Assembly (NCBI GenBank): GCA_040756235.1
Contig: JBFLZG010000059.1
Location: forward strand, 1 to 16,535
DNA: 16,535 bases
DNA from: a bacterium
GTDB lineage: Bacteria; Desulfobacterota; DSWW01
Reading direction: 5' to 3'
How positions within the stretch are numbered: the first letter of the stretch is position 1; each line of letters begins with the position of its first letter. The notes below the pieces were generated by a model. It was given only the letters and a program-made list of their open reading frames with translations, did not search any database and was not told where the DNA came from. Below, piece after piece: positions 1 through 9,744 of the stretch. Position numbers and translations under genes: made by a program.

Positions 1-53
1 CCCCCCCCCCCCCCGGCGGGGGGGGGGGGGGGGGGGGGGGCGCGCCCCCCCCC
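1..53. other. Low-complexity poly-C/poly-G tract, likely contig-end or sequencing artefact
   Basis: C14 run, then a G run of over 20 nt, then further C runs at the very start of the window; no coding signal. Confidence 0.7.
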
Positions 54-62
54 GGAGCAGGT

Positions 63-149
63 TCACCCCTCATCCCGACCTTCTCCCCTCGTCGAGGGGA
101 GAAGGTGAGAAGATCGACACCCTCGCGTAAAGAGGGATCAAGGTGACGG
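63..149. repeat. REP-like palindromic element (CCCTCAnCCCnnCCTTCTCCC...GGGAGAAGG type)
   Basis: Perfect 13-bp stem ACCTTCTCCCCTC (78-90) / GAGGGGAGAAGGT (94-106) with a 3-nt loop, preceded by CACCCCTCATCCCG. A degenerate opposite-orientation half follows (CCCTC..GAGGGATCAAGGTGA). Confidence 0.55.
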
Positions 150-200
150 AGTGGAGGTTTCTCTCGTCAGAGAGTGCGTTCGCATGAGAGTCGTCGTGCC

Positions 201-2393
201 ATGGGTCTGATCGATTTACGCAGCGTTTCCAAGACCTACCGGATCGGTGAAGTGGAGGTGCCGGTCTTGCGGGATGTCTCGCTCACCATCTCGAAGGGCG
301 AGTTCGTGGCCCTCATGGGAGCCTCGGGCTCGGGCAAGACGACGCTCATGAACATCCTGGGGTGCCTCGATCGTCCGAGCTCGGGCCACTACTGGCTCGA
401 CGGTGAAGACGTGGCGGCATTGCCGAGCGATCGGCTGGCGCGGCTGCGAAACGAGAAGATCGGGTTCGTCTTTCAGACCTTCAACCTCCTTCCTCGCACG
501 AGCGCTCTCGACAACGTGATCATGCCGTCCGCCTACGGCGCGGATCATCTCTCGGATCGCGAAATCAGAGAGCGCGCCAGGGCGCTGCTCGAGAAGGTGG
601 GATTGGGCGATCGACTCCGGCACGAGCCTTCGCAGCTTTCCGGAGGGCAGCAGCAGCGCGTGGCCGTTGCCCGCGCCCTCATCAACCAGCCCTCGCTGCT
701 CTTTGCCGACGAGCCCACGGGCAATCTCGACTCGAGGACGAGCGAGGAAGTGCTCGAGCTCTTCAAGCGCCTCAACGAGCAGGAGGGGGTCACCATCCTG
801 CTGGTCACGCATGATGAGCACGTCGCCCGCTCGGCCCGGCGCATCGTTCACATCCGCGACGGGGAAGTCGATGGAGGAAGACCGCGACTTCAGCCCGCGG
901 CCGCCTCCGACCCGGACCGGGCGGACCCGGGCGGCGCCGAGCCGGCCGACTCGCCCCGGCCGGCCGAACGGTCCGACCCGGGAACAGCCGATCGGGCCTG
1001 GCTTTCCGGCGGGTCGCTGCTGCGGCTGCGCCGCATGCTGCGCACCGCGCTGAGCGGCCTGCGGCGCAACGTCATGCGCGCCGCCCTCACCGCGCTCGGC
1101 ATCGTCATCGGGGTCGCTTCGGTGATTGCCATGATGGAGATCGGCCGCGGCTCCTCGAGCGCCATTCAGACCACCATCTCCAGCATGGGCGCCAACGTCC
1201 TTCTGGTCCTGCCGGGCACGGCCGCCAGCGGCGGGGTCAGCTTCGGCGCAGGGAGCGCCATGACCTTGAGCCCCGGGGACGCGGAGGCGATCAAGAAGGA
1301 GTGCCCGGCCATCCGCGCCGCGGCGCCCATCGTTCGTGCCCGCACCCAGGTGGTCTACGGAAACCGCAACTGGGTCCCCAGCAGCATCAACGGGACGACT
1401 CCCGAGTTCCTGGAAGTGCGCGACTGGAAGATCGCGGAAGGCGCCCCCTTCACCGATCGCGACGTGCGCAACGCGAACAAGGTCTGCCTGGTGGGCCAGC
1501 GGCTCGTGCGCGAGCTGTTCCAGGGCCGTTCCCCGATCGGCCAGGAGGTGCGGGTGAAGAACGTGCCTTTCAGGGTCGTGGGCGTCCTGGCCTCAAAGGG
1601 CGCCAACATGATGGGCATGGATCAGGACGACATCCTGGTGGCGCCGTGGACCACCATCAAGTACCGCGTGACCGGCTCCTCTCTCGCAAACGTGAACCAG
1701 AGCGCAGCGTCCTCGTCCACCTCCGCTTCGGAGCAGGTCAACACCCTCAGCCAGATCTATCCGGGCAGCCAGGCTCTCTACCCGGAGCAGTCGGCCAGCC
1801 AGGCGGCCAACAACCCGCAGCCCGTGCGCTTCACCAACGTCGATTCGATCCTGGTCTCGGCACGTTCCGCCAGCCAGGTGCAACCCGCCATGAACCAGAT
1901 CACCCAGCTGCTGCGCGAGCGGCACCTGATCCGGCCGGAAGAGCCGGAAGATTTCAACATCCGCGACATGACCGAGGTGTCCAAGGCCCTGACGTCCACG
2001 GCCACCCTGATGACCAAGCTCCTGCTGGTGGTTGCCCTGATTTCGCTCGTCGTGGGCGGCGTCGGGATCATGAACATTATGCTGGTTTCGGTCACGGAGC
2101 GGACCCGGGAGATCGGCCTGCGCATGGCCGTGGGCGCCCGGGGCCGCGCCATCCTGCAGCAGTTCCTCACGGAATCGGTGGTGCTCTGTTTCTGCGGGGG
2201 CGTGGTGGGCATCCTGGTCGGCCGGGGCGTCTCCTATCTGGTCACCATGCTGCTCCGATGGCCGACCGAGCCCACCCTGGAGGCGGTACTGGCGGCCTTT
2301 GTGGTTTCGGCGTCGGTGGGGATCGGATTCGGCTACTACCCCGCCTGGAAGGCTTCCCGCCTGGACCCGATCGTCGCGCTCCGCTACGAGTAG
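201..2393 (+). CDS. macB: MacB-family ABC exporter, fused ATP-binding and permease domains
   Basis: Walker [18 protein letters not shown] signature, Walker B/D-loop [16 protein letters not shown] switch; TM1 [16 protein letters not shown]; periplasmic domain; FtsX-like C-terminus [28 protein letters not shown]...[16 protein letters not shown] 201 preferred over GTG 174 because family-like sequence starts at MGLIDLRSV. Confidence 0.93.
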   Translation: MGLIDLRSVSKTYRIGEVEVPVLRDVSLTISKGEFVALMGASGSGKTTLMNILGCLDRPSSGHYWLDGEDVAALPSDRLARLRNEKIGFVFQTFNLLPRTSALDNVIMPSAYGADHLSDREIRERARALLEKVGLGDRLRHEPSQLSGGQQQRVAVARALINQPSLLFADEPTGNLDSRTSEEVLELFKRLNEQEGVTILLVTHDEHVARSARRIVHIRDGEVDGGRPRLQPAAASDPDRADPGGAEPADSPRPAERSDPGTADRAWLSGGSLLRLRRMLRTALSGLRRNVMRAALTALGIVIGVASVIAMMEIGRGSSSAIQTTISSMGANVLLVLPGTAASGGVSFGAGSAMTLSPGDAEAIKKECPAIRAAAPIVRARTQVVYGNRNWVPSSINGTTPEFLEVRDWKIAEGAPFTDRDVRNANKVCLVGQRLVRELFQGRSPIGQEVRVKNVPFRVVGVLASKGANMMGMDQDDILVAPWTTIKYRVTGSSLANVNQSAASSSTSASEQVNTLSQIYPGSQALYPEQSASQAANNPQPVRFTNVDSILVSARSASQVQPAMNQITQLLRERHLIRPEEPEDFNIRDMTEVSKALTSTATLMTKLLLVVALISLVVGGVGIMNIMLVSVTERTREIGLRMAVGARGRAILQQFLTESVVLCFCGGVVGILVGRGVSYLVTMLLRWPTEPTLEAVLAAFVVSASVGIGFGYYPAWKASRLDPIVALRYE

Positions 2394-2420
2394 GCATCGC
2401 CCGCCTTCTCGGCGCCGGGA

Positions 2421-3992
2421 ATGAAGGAGACCTGGGAAATGCCGACCGCAGAAGCTCGGACCGAATGCTGCGGAAATCGCTGCCTGAATCGGTGCACGAC
2501 CGCCGGCACCCTGGCGGTTTGCCTGATCCTGCTGGCGGGTTGCGCCGTGGGGCCGAGCTATCGTCAGCCTGAGACGCCTGTCCCGGAAGGTTGGAAGGGC
2601 CTGGACCTGCAGACGCCGGCCGCCCAGCAGAGCATCCAAACCGCGAAGCCCGCCGAGCTCGTCTACTGGTGGAGGAGCTTCGAGGACCCGGCCCTCGCCT
2701 CACTGGTGGAGAGGGCGATCGCCTCCAACCTCGACCTGACCCAGGCCCGGGGCCGCGTGCGAGAAGCCAGGGCCGCCCGCCGGGTGGTGGCGGCCGGGCT
2801 CTGGCCGGCGTTGGACGCCTCGGCGTCCTATGAGCGCAGGGGCGTCGGGCCCGGCTCCTCCGGCCAGTCCGCAACGATCGTTTCACCAGGCGGGACCACG
2901 ACCCTCGTTCCCCGGACGGGCGGGCGCGAGATCGACTTGTTTCAAGCCGGCCTGGACGCGGCCTGGGAGCTGGACCTCTTTGGCGGCGTGCGCAGGAACG
3001 TCGAAGCCGCGGAAGCCGATTTGGCGGCCTCCTTCGAAGACCTCCGGGACGTGCTGGTGAGCGTGGCGGCAGAGGTCGCGACGAACTACGTGGATCTTCG
3101 AGGAATCCAGCAGCAGATCGCGATCGCCCGGCGCAACCTGGCGGCCCAGCAGCACACCGCCGAGATCACCCGCAAGCGCTTCGCAGTCGGCTTCGTGGGC
3201 GCACTGGACGTGGCCAACGCAGACGCCCAGGCGGCGACGACCGAGTCCCAGATCCCGGTGCTGGAGTCGTCGGCATGGGGCACCCTCTACAGCCTGAGCG
3301 TGCTCATCGGTCTCGAGCCGGGCGCTCTGGCTTCGGAGCTCGCTGCGGAGGGACCGATCCCCCCCGTCCCGCCCGAGGTGCCCGCCGGCCTGCCGTCGGA
3401 CCTGCTCCGCCGGCGGCCGGACATTCGCCGGGCCGAAGCGCAGCTGCACGCCGCAACCGCGCGCATCGGCGTCGCGGTGAGCGACCTCTTCCCCAAGTTC
3501 TCGCTCACCGGAAACCTGGGCTTCTCCGGCGACCAGCTCGGCTCCCTCGCGGATTGGGCCAACCGTTCCTGGGGAGTCGGGCCGTCCGTGCGCTGGCCCA
3601 TCTTCGCCGGCGGCCGGATCGTTGCGAACGTAGAAGTGCAGAACGCCCTGGAGGAGCAAGCCCTGGCAGCCTACCGGAAGACGGTGCTCACGGCCCTCCA
3701 GGACGTGGAGACCGCGCTGATCGCTTACGCCAGGGAGCAGGAGCACCGCAGCGCGCTTGCGCGGGCCGTCGAGAGCAACCGCAAGGCCGTGGACCTCTCC
3801 ATGAAGCTCTACGTCGCGGGACGCACGGACTTCCTGAACGTGCTCACGGCCCAGCGCTCCCTCTACCTCTCCGAAGACGCGCTCGCTCAGAGCACCCGCA
3901 GCCTGGCAACCAGCCTCATCGCGCTCTACAAGGCCCTGGGCGGCGGCTGGGAGGGGGAGGAGCTCTCCTCTCAGACCGAAGCAGCGATGTGA
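2421..3992 (+). CDS. Efflux outer-membrane lipoprotein, NodT/OprM (TolC-like) family
   Basis: Lipobox LLAG/C then AVGPSY; WWRSFEDPALASLVERAIASNLDL; AWELDLFGGVRR; GLPSDLLRRRPDIRRAE; C-terminal LYKALGGGW. Start uncertain (2421 or 2439). Confidence 0.92.
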   Translation: MKETWEMPTAEARTECCGNRCLNRCTTAGTLAVCLILLAGCAVGPSYRQPETPVPEGWKGLDLQTPAAQQSIQTAKPAELVYWWRSFEDPALASLVERAIASNLDLTQARGRVREARAARRVVAAGLWPALDASASYERRGVGPGSSGQSATIVSPGGTTTLVPRTGGREIDLFQAGLDAAWELDLFGGVRRNVEAAEADLAASFEDLRDVLVSVAAEVATNYVDLRGIQQQIAIARRNLAAQQHTAEITRKRFAVGFVGALDVANADAQAATTESQIPVLESSAWGTLYSLSVLIGLEPGALASELAAEGPIPPVPPEVPAGLPSDLLRRRPDIRRAEAQLHAATARIGVAVSDLFPKFSLTGNLGFSGDQLGSLADWANRSWGVGPSVRWPIFAGGRIVANVEVQNALEEQALAAYRKTVLTALQDVETALIAYAREQEHRSALARAVESNRKAVDLSMKLYVAGRTDFLNVLTAQRSLYLSEDALAQSTRSLATSLIALYKALGGGWEGEELSSQTEAAM

Positions 3993-4084
3993 GGCCCCGC
4001 GGGCGGCGGGTTCCGCTCCGAGGCGGCCGCAGCCGGATTCCGGGGTGCAGAGGGACTCCCGCCTGTGCGGCTGAGTCCTATTTC

Positions 4085-4183
4085 GTCATCCCGGCCCATG
4101 TGCGGAGCGCGTGGCAGCCGGGATCCGGAAGCATCGTGAGGGCGACCGGGCGGTCGCCCCTGCAAATTGCGGCTGCAGGGGCG
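4085..4183. repeat. Cluster of REP-like palindromes between the efflux lipoprotein and MFS genes
   Basis: ATCCCGGC 4088-4095 / GCCGGGAT 4117-4124 in a GTCATCCC...GGGATCC context; GGGCGACC 4140-4147 / GGTCGCCC 4152-4159; CGCCCCTGCA 4155-4164 / TGCAGGGGCG 4174-4183. Confidence 0.5.
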
Positions 4184-4305
4184 GGACTCCGGATGTCGCC
4201 TCCCGGTCAAAGGCCGTGCAGCGGCCGTGCGGCATGCAAGGGCGAATGATCACTCGCCCCTACATGTGCGTTGCCGAATTTGTGAACCGGTGTACTCAGC
4301 TCAAC

Positions 4306-5622
4306 ATGAAGAACGACTCTTCGACTCCGCGCCGGGCGTCGGGTTTGCGCTTCGCCCTGAGGGCCCTGCGACACCGAAACTACCGGCTCTTCTTTGCGGG
4401 GCAGGGCGTCTCGCTCATCGGCACCTGGCTGACCCGGACGGCCACCGCCTGGCTGGTCTATCGGCTGACCGGTTCCGCCACGCTCCTGGGCGTGGTCGGC
4501 TTCGTCGGACAGATCCCGGCCTTTCTGGTCGCTCCCTTCGCCGGGGTCTGGGTGGACCGTTGGGACCGCCGCCGGCTGCTGGTCGTCACCCAGGCCTTGT
4601 CCGCGCTCCAGTCCTTCGCTCTGGCGGGGCTCGCCCTCACCCAGCTCATCACGGTGTGGGAGGTCCTGGCGCTCAGTCTCTTCCAGGGCTTCATCGACGC
4701 CTTTGACATGCCGGGCCGGCAATCCTTTGTGGTCGAGATGGTGGAGGGCCGGGAGGACCTGGGCAACGCGATCGCCCTGAACTCGTTCATGTTCAACGGC
4801 GCCCGCCTGGTGGGGCCGTCCGTGGCCGGCGCGCTCATCGCCTCGGTCGGGGAAGGGATGTGCTTCCTCCTGGACGGTGTGAGCTACCTGGCGGTCATAG
4901 GTTCGCTCCTGGCGATGAAAACGGTCTCACGCCGGGCAACAGGTCAGCCGCGTCCCGTCCTGCACGAGCTGGCCGACGGCTTCCGGGTCTCATTCGGATT
5001 CCCTCCCATCCGGGCGATCCTGCTGCTCGCCGGCCTGACCGGCCTGGTCGGCATGCCGTACAGCGTCCTCATGCCGATCTTCGCGCGGGACGTCCTGCAC
5101 GGAGACGCCCACACCTTCGGTTTCCTCATGACGTCGGTGGGCGTGGGAGCCCTGGGGGGCGCCGTGTACCTGGCTTCCCGCAGGACGGTGCGCGGCCTGG
5201 GGAGGATCATCCCGCTCGCGGCCGTGCTGTTCGGCTCCGGGTTGATCCTCTTCTCCCAATCCCGCCTGGCGGCGATTTCCCTGCCACTGCTGTTCGTCAC
5301 GGGCTTCGGCATGATGGTGCAAGCGGCTTCGTGCAACACCATCCTGCAGACCATCGTCGACGATGACAAAAGGGGCCGCGTGATGAGCTTCTACACCATG
5401 GCCTTCCTCGGCATGACCCCCTTCGGCAGCCTGCTGGCAGGAGCCGCTGCCGCCGCCATCGGCGCCCCGCTGACTCTCCTCGTCGACGGCGCCGTCATCA
5501 TCGCAGGCGCTCTCCTTTTCGCCCGGAGCCTGCCTCGCATTCGCAGGATGATACGCCCGATCTACGTGGAAAAGGGGATCGTCCCCGAGGTGGCCTCCGG
5601 CATTCACAACGCCGGCAGGTGA
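4306..5622 (+). CDS. MFS transporter (MFS_3/DHA3 MefA-like drug:H+ antiporter type)
   Basis: ALRHRNYRLFFAGQGVSLIGTW start typical of this family; motif A-like GVWVDRWDRRRLL; AFDMPGRQSFVVEMV; NAIALNS; DDDKRGRVMS; about 12 hydrophobic segments. The 4111-4305 extension of the ORF call runs through palindromic intergenic DNA. Confidence 0.9.
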   Translation: MKNDSSTPRRASGLRFALRALRHRNYRLFFAGQGVSLIGTWLTRTATAWLVYRLTGSATLLGVVGFVGQIPAFLVAPFAGVWVDRWDRRRLLVVTQALSALQSFALAGLALTQLITVWEVLALSLFQGFIDAFDMPGRQSFVVEMVEGREDLGNAIALNSFMFNGARLVGPSVAGALIASVGEGMCFLLDGVSYLAVIGSLLAMKTVSRRATGQPRPVLHELADGFRVSFGFPPIRAILLLAGLTGLVGMPYSVLMPIFARDVLHGDAHTFGFLMTSVGVGALGGAVYLASRRTVRGLGRIIPLAAVLFGSGLILFSQSRLAAISLPLLFVTGFGMMVQAASCNTILQTIVDDDKRGRVMSFYTMAFLGMTPFGSLLAGAAAAAIGAPLTLLVDGAVIIAGALLFARSLPRIRRMIRPIYVEKGIVPEVASGIHNAGR

Positions 5623-5716
5623 AACCCGTGGGAGTACCGGGACGAGGGATAGGCGTTCTGCGCCTTGAGACCATGACAAGGCGGCGACGGGAACCCGAAA
5701 GAATCGTACAGCGGTG

Positions 5717-6649
5717 CTACTGGAGGCCGCCCAGTGCCTTCTGGAGGCGCTGGCCCTGGCCCTCGTTGATCATGCTGCCGAGCAGACGCTGAAACCTGCG
5801 ATCTTCCACCCCGGAGAAGATGTACTGCCAGCGGTAGGCCTTCAGGAGGCCCTGCTGGATGCGCTTGATCTCCTCGTTCTTGAAGCTCCGCTGGCGGATG
5901 GAAAGAAAGTAATCGGCGTCGTTCTGGGCCTGCGCCTGCAAGAGGCCGTCCACCGCGCCGACCATTCCGATCAGCTCGTCCACGGCCCGGTCCCGTTCCG
6001 CATCCGCCAACTTCTTGTCTTCCAGGGGCCACTCGAGCGAGTCCATGATGGCGTGTGTCGACTCCTCCCGAGCGTGGAACAGGAAGACGTCCTTGTAGAG
6101 GGGAGAGAGCTCCGGGTCGGGCTCGATGCTCTTCCGGTAGTGCTCCTGCGTGAACAGCTCGATTTCATAGATGAGCCCCAAGACGGACCAGGTCGGGTGG
6201 GACAGAACGTCGGCCGCAACGACGTTGGGGTCGTGCGGGAACAGGTAACCGTCGGGCATCCCTTCGGCAATCATCTGTTCGAGGCGCCGAAAGAGCTCCT
6301 GGTGCTTCAGCTCCTCGTCACAGAAACGCACGAGCGCTTCCAGGGCCACCTGGTCCCCCAGCCAGTGGTTCCGGCTGAGCTCCAGAATCTTGGCGGTGAT
6401 GAACCGCTCGACAAACCCGAACATGTTCGAGTAGGTGCGTCCCTGGATCTGACTCAGCACGCGGATATCGTCCTCATTCAGCAATTCCAGCTCGTTGAGC
6501 TTGGAGATGCCGTCCGGCAGGAACTTCTTGGAGAAGTCGAACAGCCTCCCGCGGATCACGTCCTTGTCGATGTCCCAGCGGACCCTCTTGGACACTTCTA
6601 TGCACTGCGCGTACCGATCCCGATCGACCATAAGGGTTGCTCCTTGCAT
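5717..6649 (-). CDS. Ferritin-like diiron protein, AurF/CmlI-like ligand pattern; function unknown
   Basis: Two E-x30-EExxH units (FVE...DEELKH and IE...HAREESTH), the second with an extra upstream His. AGGGAGG RBS about 8 nt upstream of ATG 6649 (MQGATLMVDRDRY), so the longer 6859 start is unlikely. Confidence 0.75.
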   Translation of the reverse strand: MQGATLMVDRDRYAQCIEVSKRVRWDIDKDVIRGRLFDFSKKFLPDGISKLNELELLNEDDIRVLSQIQGRTYSNMFGFVERFITAKILELSRNHWLGDQVALEALVRFCDEELKHQELFRRLEQMIAEGMPDGYLFPHDPNVVAADVLSHPTWSVLGLIYEIELFTQEHYRKSIEPDPELSPLYKDVFLFHAREESTHAIMDSLEWPLEDKKLADAERDRAVDELIGMVGAVDGLLQAQAQNDADYFLSIRQRSFKNEEIKRIQQGLLKAYRWQYIFSGVEDRRFQRLLGSMINEGQGQRLQKALGGLQ

Positions 6650-7098
6650 CTCGGTGTCCTCCCTGCGTCGCCGGGTCCGGCGTTTCAGGGACCCCATCGC
6701 CTGCTGCCGGACCTGGCTCGACGTTGTTGGAACGGTCTTTCGCCCTACTCTGGCTTCATCAATTCCTGATTCTAGCGAACGCAGTCTGAGGGAACGCTTT
6801 TGGGAGAAGGCCGGCTCGCCCCCCGTGTTAGATGTGAGCAAGACACGGGAAGGGAGCACAGGCCTGCAAATATTTTGGGTGCCGGATTCGAGAAATCCCT
6901 GACACCGCGTTGGGCATGGGGGGTGGCGAAATCACGCAATGAGGAAATGCTTTTGCTGTAAAATGGGAGCTTGCTAGAGTGAGGGGTGGTTGCCGAGGAG
7001 GCAAGAGATCTCACTGCTGCGATTTCATCGCTCTCGCGTGCGGACGTTTTTCCCCGGGTTGCCGGTAGGATCAAAACGGAGCGGAAAGGAGGGAGAAG

Positions 7099-8450
7099 AT
7101 GAGCCAAGAACGGCCGCGAGACTATTACGCAGTGGTCGTGGGGTCCGGACCGGGCGGCGCTGCGGCAGCCCTGGAGCTTGCGCGTGCGGGCAAGCGGGTC
7201 CTGATCCTCGAGAAAGGAAGGGATGACCGCAGGCTGGGCAGTTACGTGACCGCCCTTCGGGTGCTCGACATGGGGCGGTCCAAGGAGGGGCTCTCCATGC
7301 TGCGCGCGAGCACCACGGGCGGGGCTTCCGTCTTTTACAGCGCGAGCGCTGCCGACCCCCCGGAGTGGCTCGCGTCCCGGCACGGTATCGACCTCTCCCC
7401 GTTTCTCGACGAGATCAAGAGGGAGACCCGGGTGAACGTGCTGCCGGAGAATCTCCTGGGCCGGGCCTCCGTGCGCGTGATGGAGAGGCGAACCGTCTCG
7501 GCTACCGCTGGGAGCCCATGGCGAAGTTCCTCGACCCCGGCTGCTTCGTCAATGGCCGCTGCTGCGGCGCCAACGAGCACCTCGGATGCACCTGCGGCGC
7601 CAAGTGGACCGCCAGGGAGTATCTCGACGAGGCGGTCGGCCTGGGTGCCGAGCTGCTGACCGAGACCGAATGCGAGGAGGTGCTTCTGGAAAACGGCGCT
7701 GCCGTCGGGGTCCGGGCGAAGGGAAAAGACAGGCAGCTCCGCCCGTATCGCGCGGAGCGGGTCATCCTGTCGGCCGGCGGCCTGTTCACCCCGCTGCTCC
7801 TGAAGCGGGCCGGCATCCCGGAAGCGGGTGAGGGATGCTTTATGGATCCCACCGTGGTGGTCTACGGGGAAGCCCCGTTCGAAGGGACCTGGATCGATCC
7901 GCCTGTCTCGGTCGTCACCTGGGAGTTCTACGACAGCGACGGAATTCGGATCGGCACCATCATGGAGCCGCGGCTCCTGCTCGCGATGAACCTGCTCCGG
8001 GTGTCGCCGAGCCGGATCGGAATGGGTCTCCGGTACAGAAATCTCGTGGGCATTCTCGTGAAAGTGAAGGATGACCTGTCCGGCCGCGTCCTCGCGGACG
8101 GCAGCGTTTCCAAGCAGCTCAACGAGAACGACCGCGCGCGCCTGAAGAAAGGCGTCGAGGTCGCCCGCGACATCCTGGGCTCGCTGGGGTGCCCGAAGAA
8201 ACGGATCGTGGTCGGCGGGACCAAGGGTGCGCACCCGAGCGGTACGTGCCGCGTCGGGCACGTGCTTTCCCGCGACCTGGAAACCGCGATCCCGAACCTG
8301 TATGTCTGTGACGCGAGCGTGTTTCCGGAAGCCCTGGACCGGCCCACGGTCATCACGATCCTCGGGCTCGGGAAGAGGCTGGTGCAGCACGTGCTGGCGC
8401 AGCAAGGCGCGGGCGCAAAGGCCGAAAAGCGTAGCGCCGGGGATGCTTGA
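7099..8450 (+). pseudogene. GMC-family FAD-dependent oxidoreductase split by a 1-nt frameshift near 7483-7487 (pseudogene or sequencing error)
   Basis: Frame 1 gives VVVGSGPGGAAAA (Rossmann GxGxxG), VLILEKG, TTGGASVFY up to VRVME. Frame 3 continues ANRLGYRWEPM...VILSAGG...HPSGTCRVG...NLYVCDASVFP. Strong RBS AAGGAGG upstream of ATG 7099. Confidence 0.82.
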
Positions 8451-8628
8451 CCGCGGAGGCGATGGCCGGGTCCTCCGGGCTCACCCCTTGGATGAGGCAA
8501 GAGCACCCCGGGGTGCCGGCCCCGGCAGGCGCAGCTCCCCCCGCGATCGCCTCGGGGCCCTGCGCTCCGAGGCGGAGCAGTCGGATTTCAGGGGACCCCG
8601 GATGCCCGACGGCACCGCCGTTTTCGCC

Positions 8629-8658
8629 TTGACACGAATTTGCGTTTCCCACGATACT
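8629..8658 (+). promoter_or_regulatory. Putative sigma70 promoter for the phosphotransferase cluster
   Basis: Perfect TTGACA (8629-8634), 18-nt spacer, GATACT (8653-8658), in a locally AT-richer patch about 40 nt upstream of ATG 8698. Confidence 0.45.
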
Positions 8659-8697
8659 CGCGCCATCTTTCTTCACGTGATGGGCCGGAGAGCGGCC

Positions 8698-9744
8698 ATG
8701 GCGATTGCGGACCACCCCGGACTGGCCTCGTACCTGGCGCGGAAGCTCGGGGCAGCGGATCTGCGGATCCGAGGCGAATGGCAGAACACCGAAGGCTGGT
8801 CCATGGAGACCTTCAGCCTCGCCCTGGACTATGCGAAGGACGGCTCCCGGACCGAGGAGGAGATCATCCTGCGGCGCCAGCCGGTGAGCGGGCTGCTCGA
8901 GCCGTATGACGCCACCACCGAGTACCGGATCCTGTCCGCGCTCCAGGGCGCGGGGGTCGCGATCCCCAGAACCTACTGGTGCGAGACCGACCCCGCGGTC
9001 TTCGAGAGGCCCTTCTACGTCATGGAAAAGGTGGACGGCCGGGTCCACTTCCTGATCCAGCACACGGACCCCGACTACCGGCTGATCCCGGACGACGGCG
9101 AGCGCGCCAGACTGGCCGAGGACTTCATCGCCAACCTGGTCGGCATCCACAAGGCCGACTGGCGCTCCCTGGGGCTGGATTTCCTGGGCGACCCGGGGCC
9201 GGGCAGAGGGTCTGCCCTGCGCCAGATCGAGTATTGGGAGCGGGTGATCGAGAGGGCCGGATACCGGAACAAGCCGCTCGTCACGCTGGCCGTGAACTGG
9301 CTCAAGAACAACGCGCCGGAGAACGATACGGTGCGGATCGTCCACGGCGATTACCGCACCGGCAATTTCATTTACCGGGACAAACGCATCCGCGCGATCC
9401 TGGATTGGGAGATGACCCACCTCGGCGATCCTCACGAGGACCTGGTCTACGTCATGGGCATGCTCTGGCGCTCACCCCAGCCGACCAACTGGGTCTGCCA
9501 CCTCCTTCCGGAGAAAGAGTTCCTGGAGAGGTACGAGGCCTTGTCCGGCGTCCGGGTGGAGAAGCGCAAGCTGGCCTACTACGCGGTCCTTCTGGACCTG
9601 AAGGCGATCGGCATCATCACCACGGCAGCGCACTCTTTCGCCTCTTACAGGAGCCCCGACTTGCGTCCCGGGGTCTTCGGGACGCTGCTCGACCTGAGCG
9701 TGGCCCTGCTGGCGCAACACCTCTGGGAAAGACTGAAGGCCTGA
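8698..9744 (+). CDS. APH/choline-kinase-fold phosphotransferase, ACAD10/11 N-terminal-like (LvaA-like)
   Basis: EGWSMETF glycine-loop region, IILRRQP, PFYVMEKVDG, Brenner-type VHGDYRTGNFI, ILDWEMTHLGDPHEDL; GGAG RBS before ATG 8698. Confidence 0.88.
   Translation: MAIADHPGLASYLARKLGAADLRIRGEWQNTEGWSMETFSLALDYAKDGSRTEEEIILRRQPVSGLLEPYDATTEYRILSALQGAGVAIPRTYWCETDPAVFERPFYVMEKVDGRVHFLIQHTDPDYRLIPDDGERARLAEDFIANLVGIHKADWRSLGLDFLGDPGPGRGSALRQIEYWERVIERAGYRNKPLVTLAVNWLKNNAPENDTVRIVHGDYRTGNFIYRDKRIRAILDWEMTHLGDPHEDLVYVMGMLWRSPQPTNWVCHLLPEKEFLERYEALSGVRVEKRKLAYYAVLLDLKAIGIITTAAHSFASYRSPDLRPGVFGTLLDLSVALLAQHLWERLKA

Noticed and set aside
1..53. G-quadruplex or phase-variable homopolymer tract
   Set aside because: Located at the extreme window edge and typical of sequencing or assembly artefacts; cannot be trusted without reads.
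5714..6769. 351-aa plus-strand ORF
   Set aside because: Antisense to the diiron protein, which has the RBS and the metal-ligand motifs.
6942..6964. Sigma54-like AGGAAATGCTTTTGC and a TAAAAT -10 hexamer upstream of the GMC gene
   Set aside because: The -24 element lacks TGGCA and the -10 has no matching -35; a promoter is probably in this region but cannot be called.
8503..8574. GC palindromes between the GMC and kinase genes (similar ones at about 11207-11220 and 5661-5683)
   Set aside because: Short GC-rich stems without U tracts; expected by chance at this base composition.
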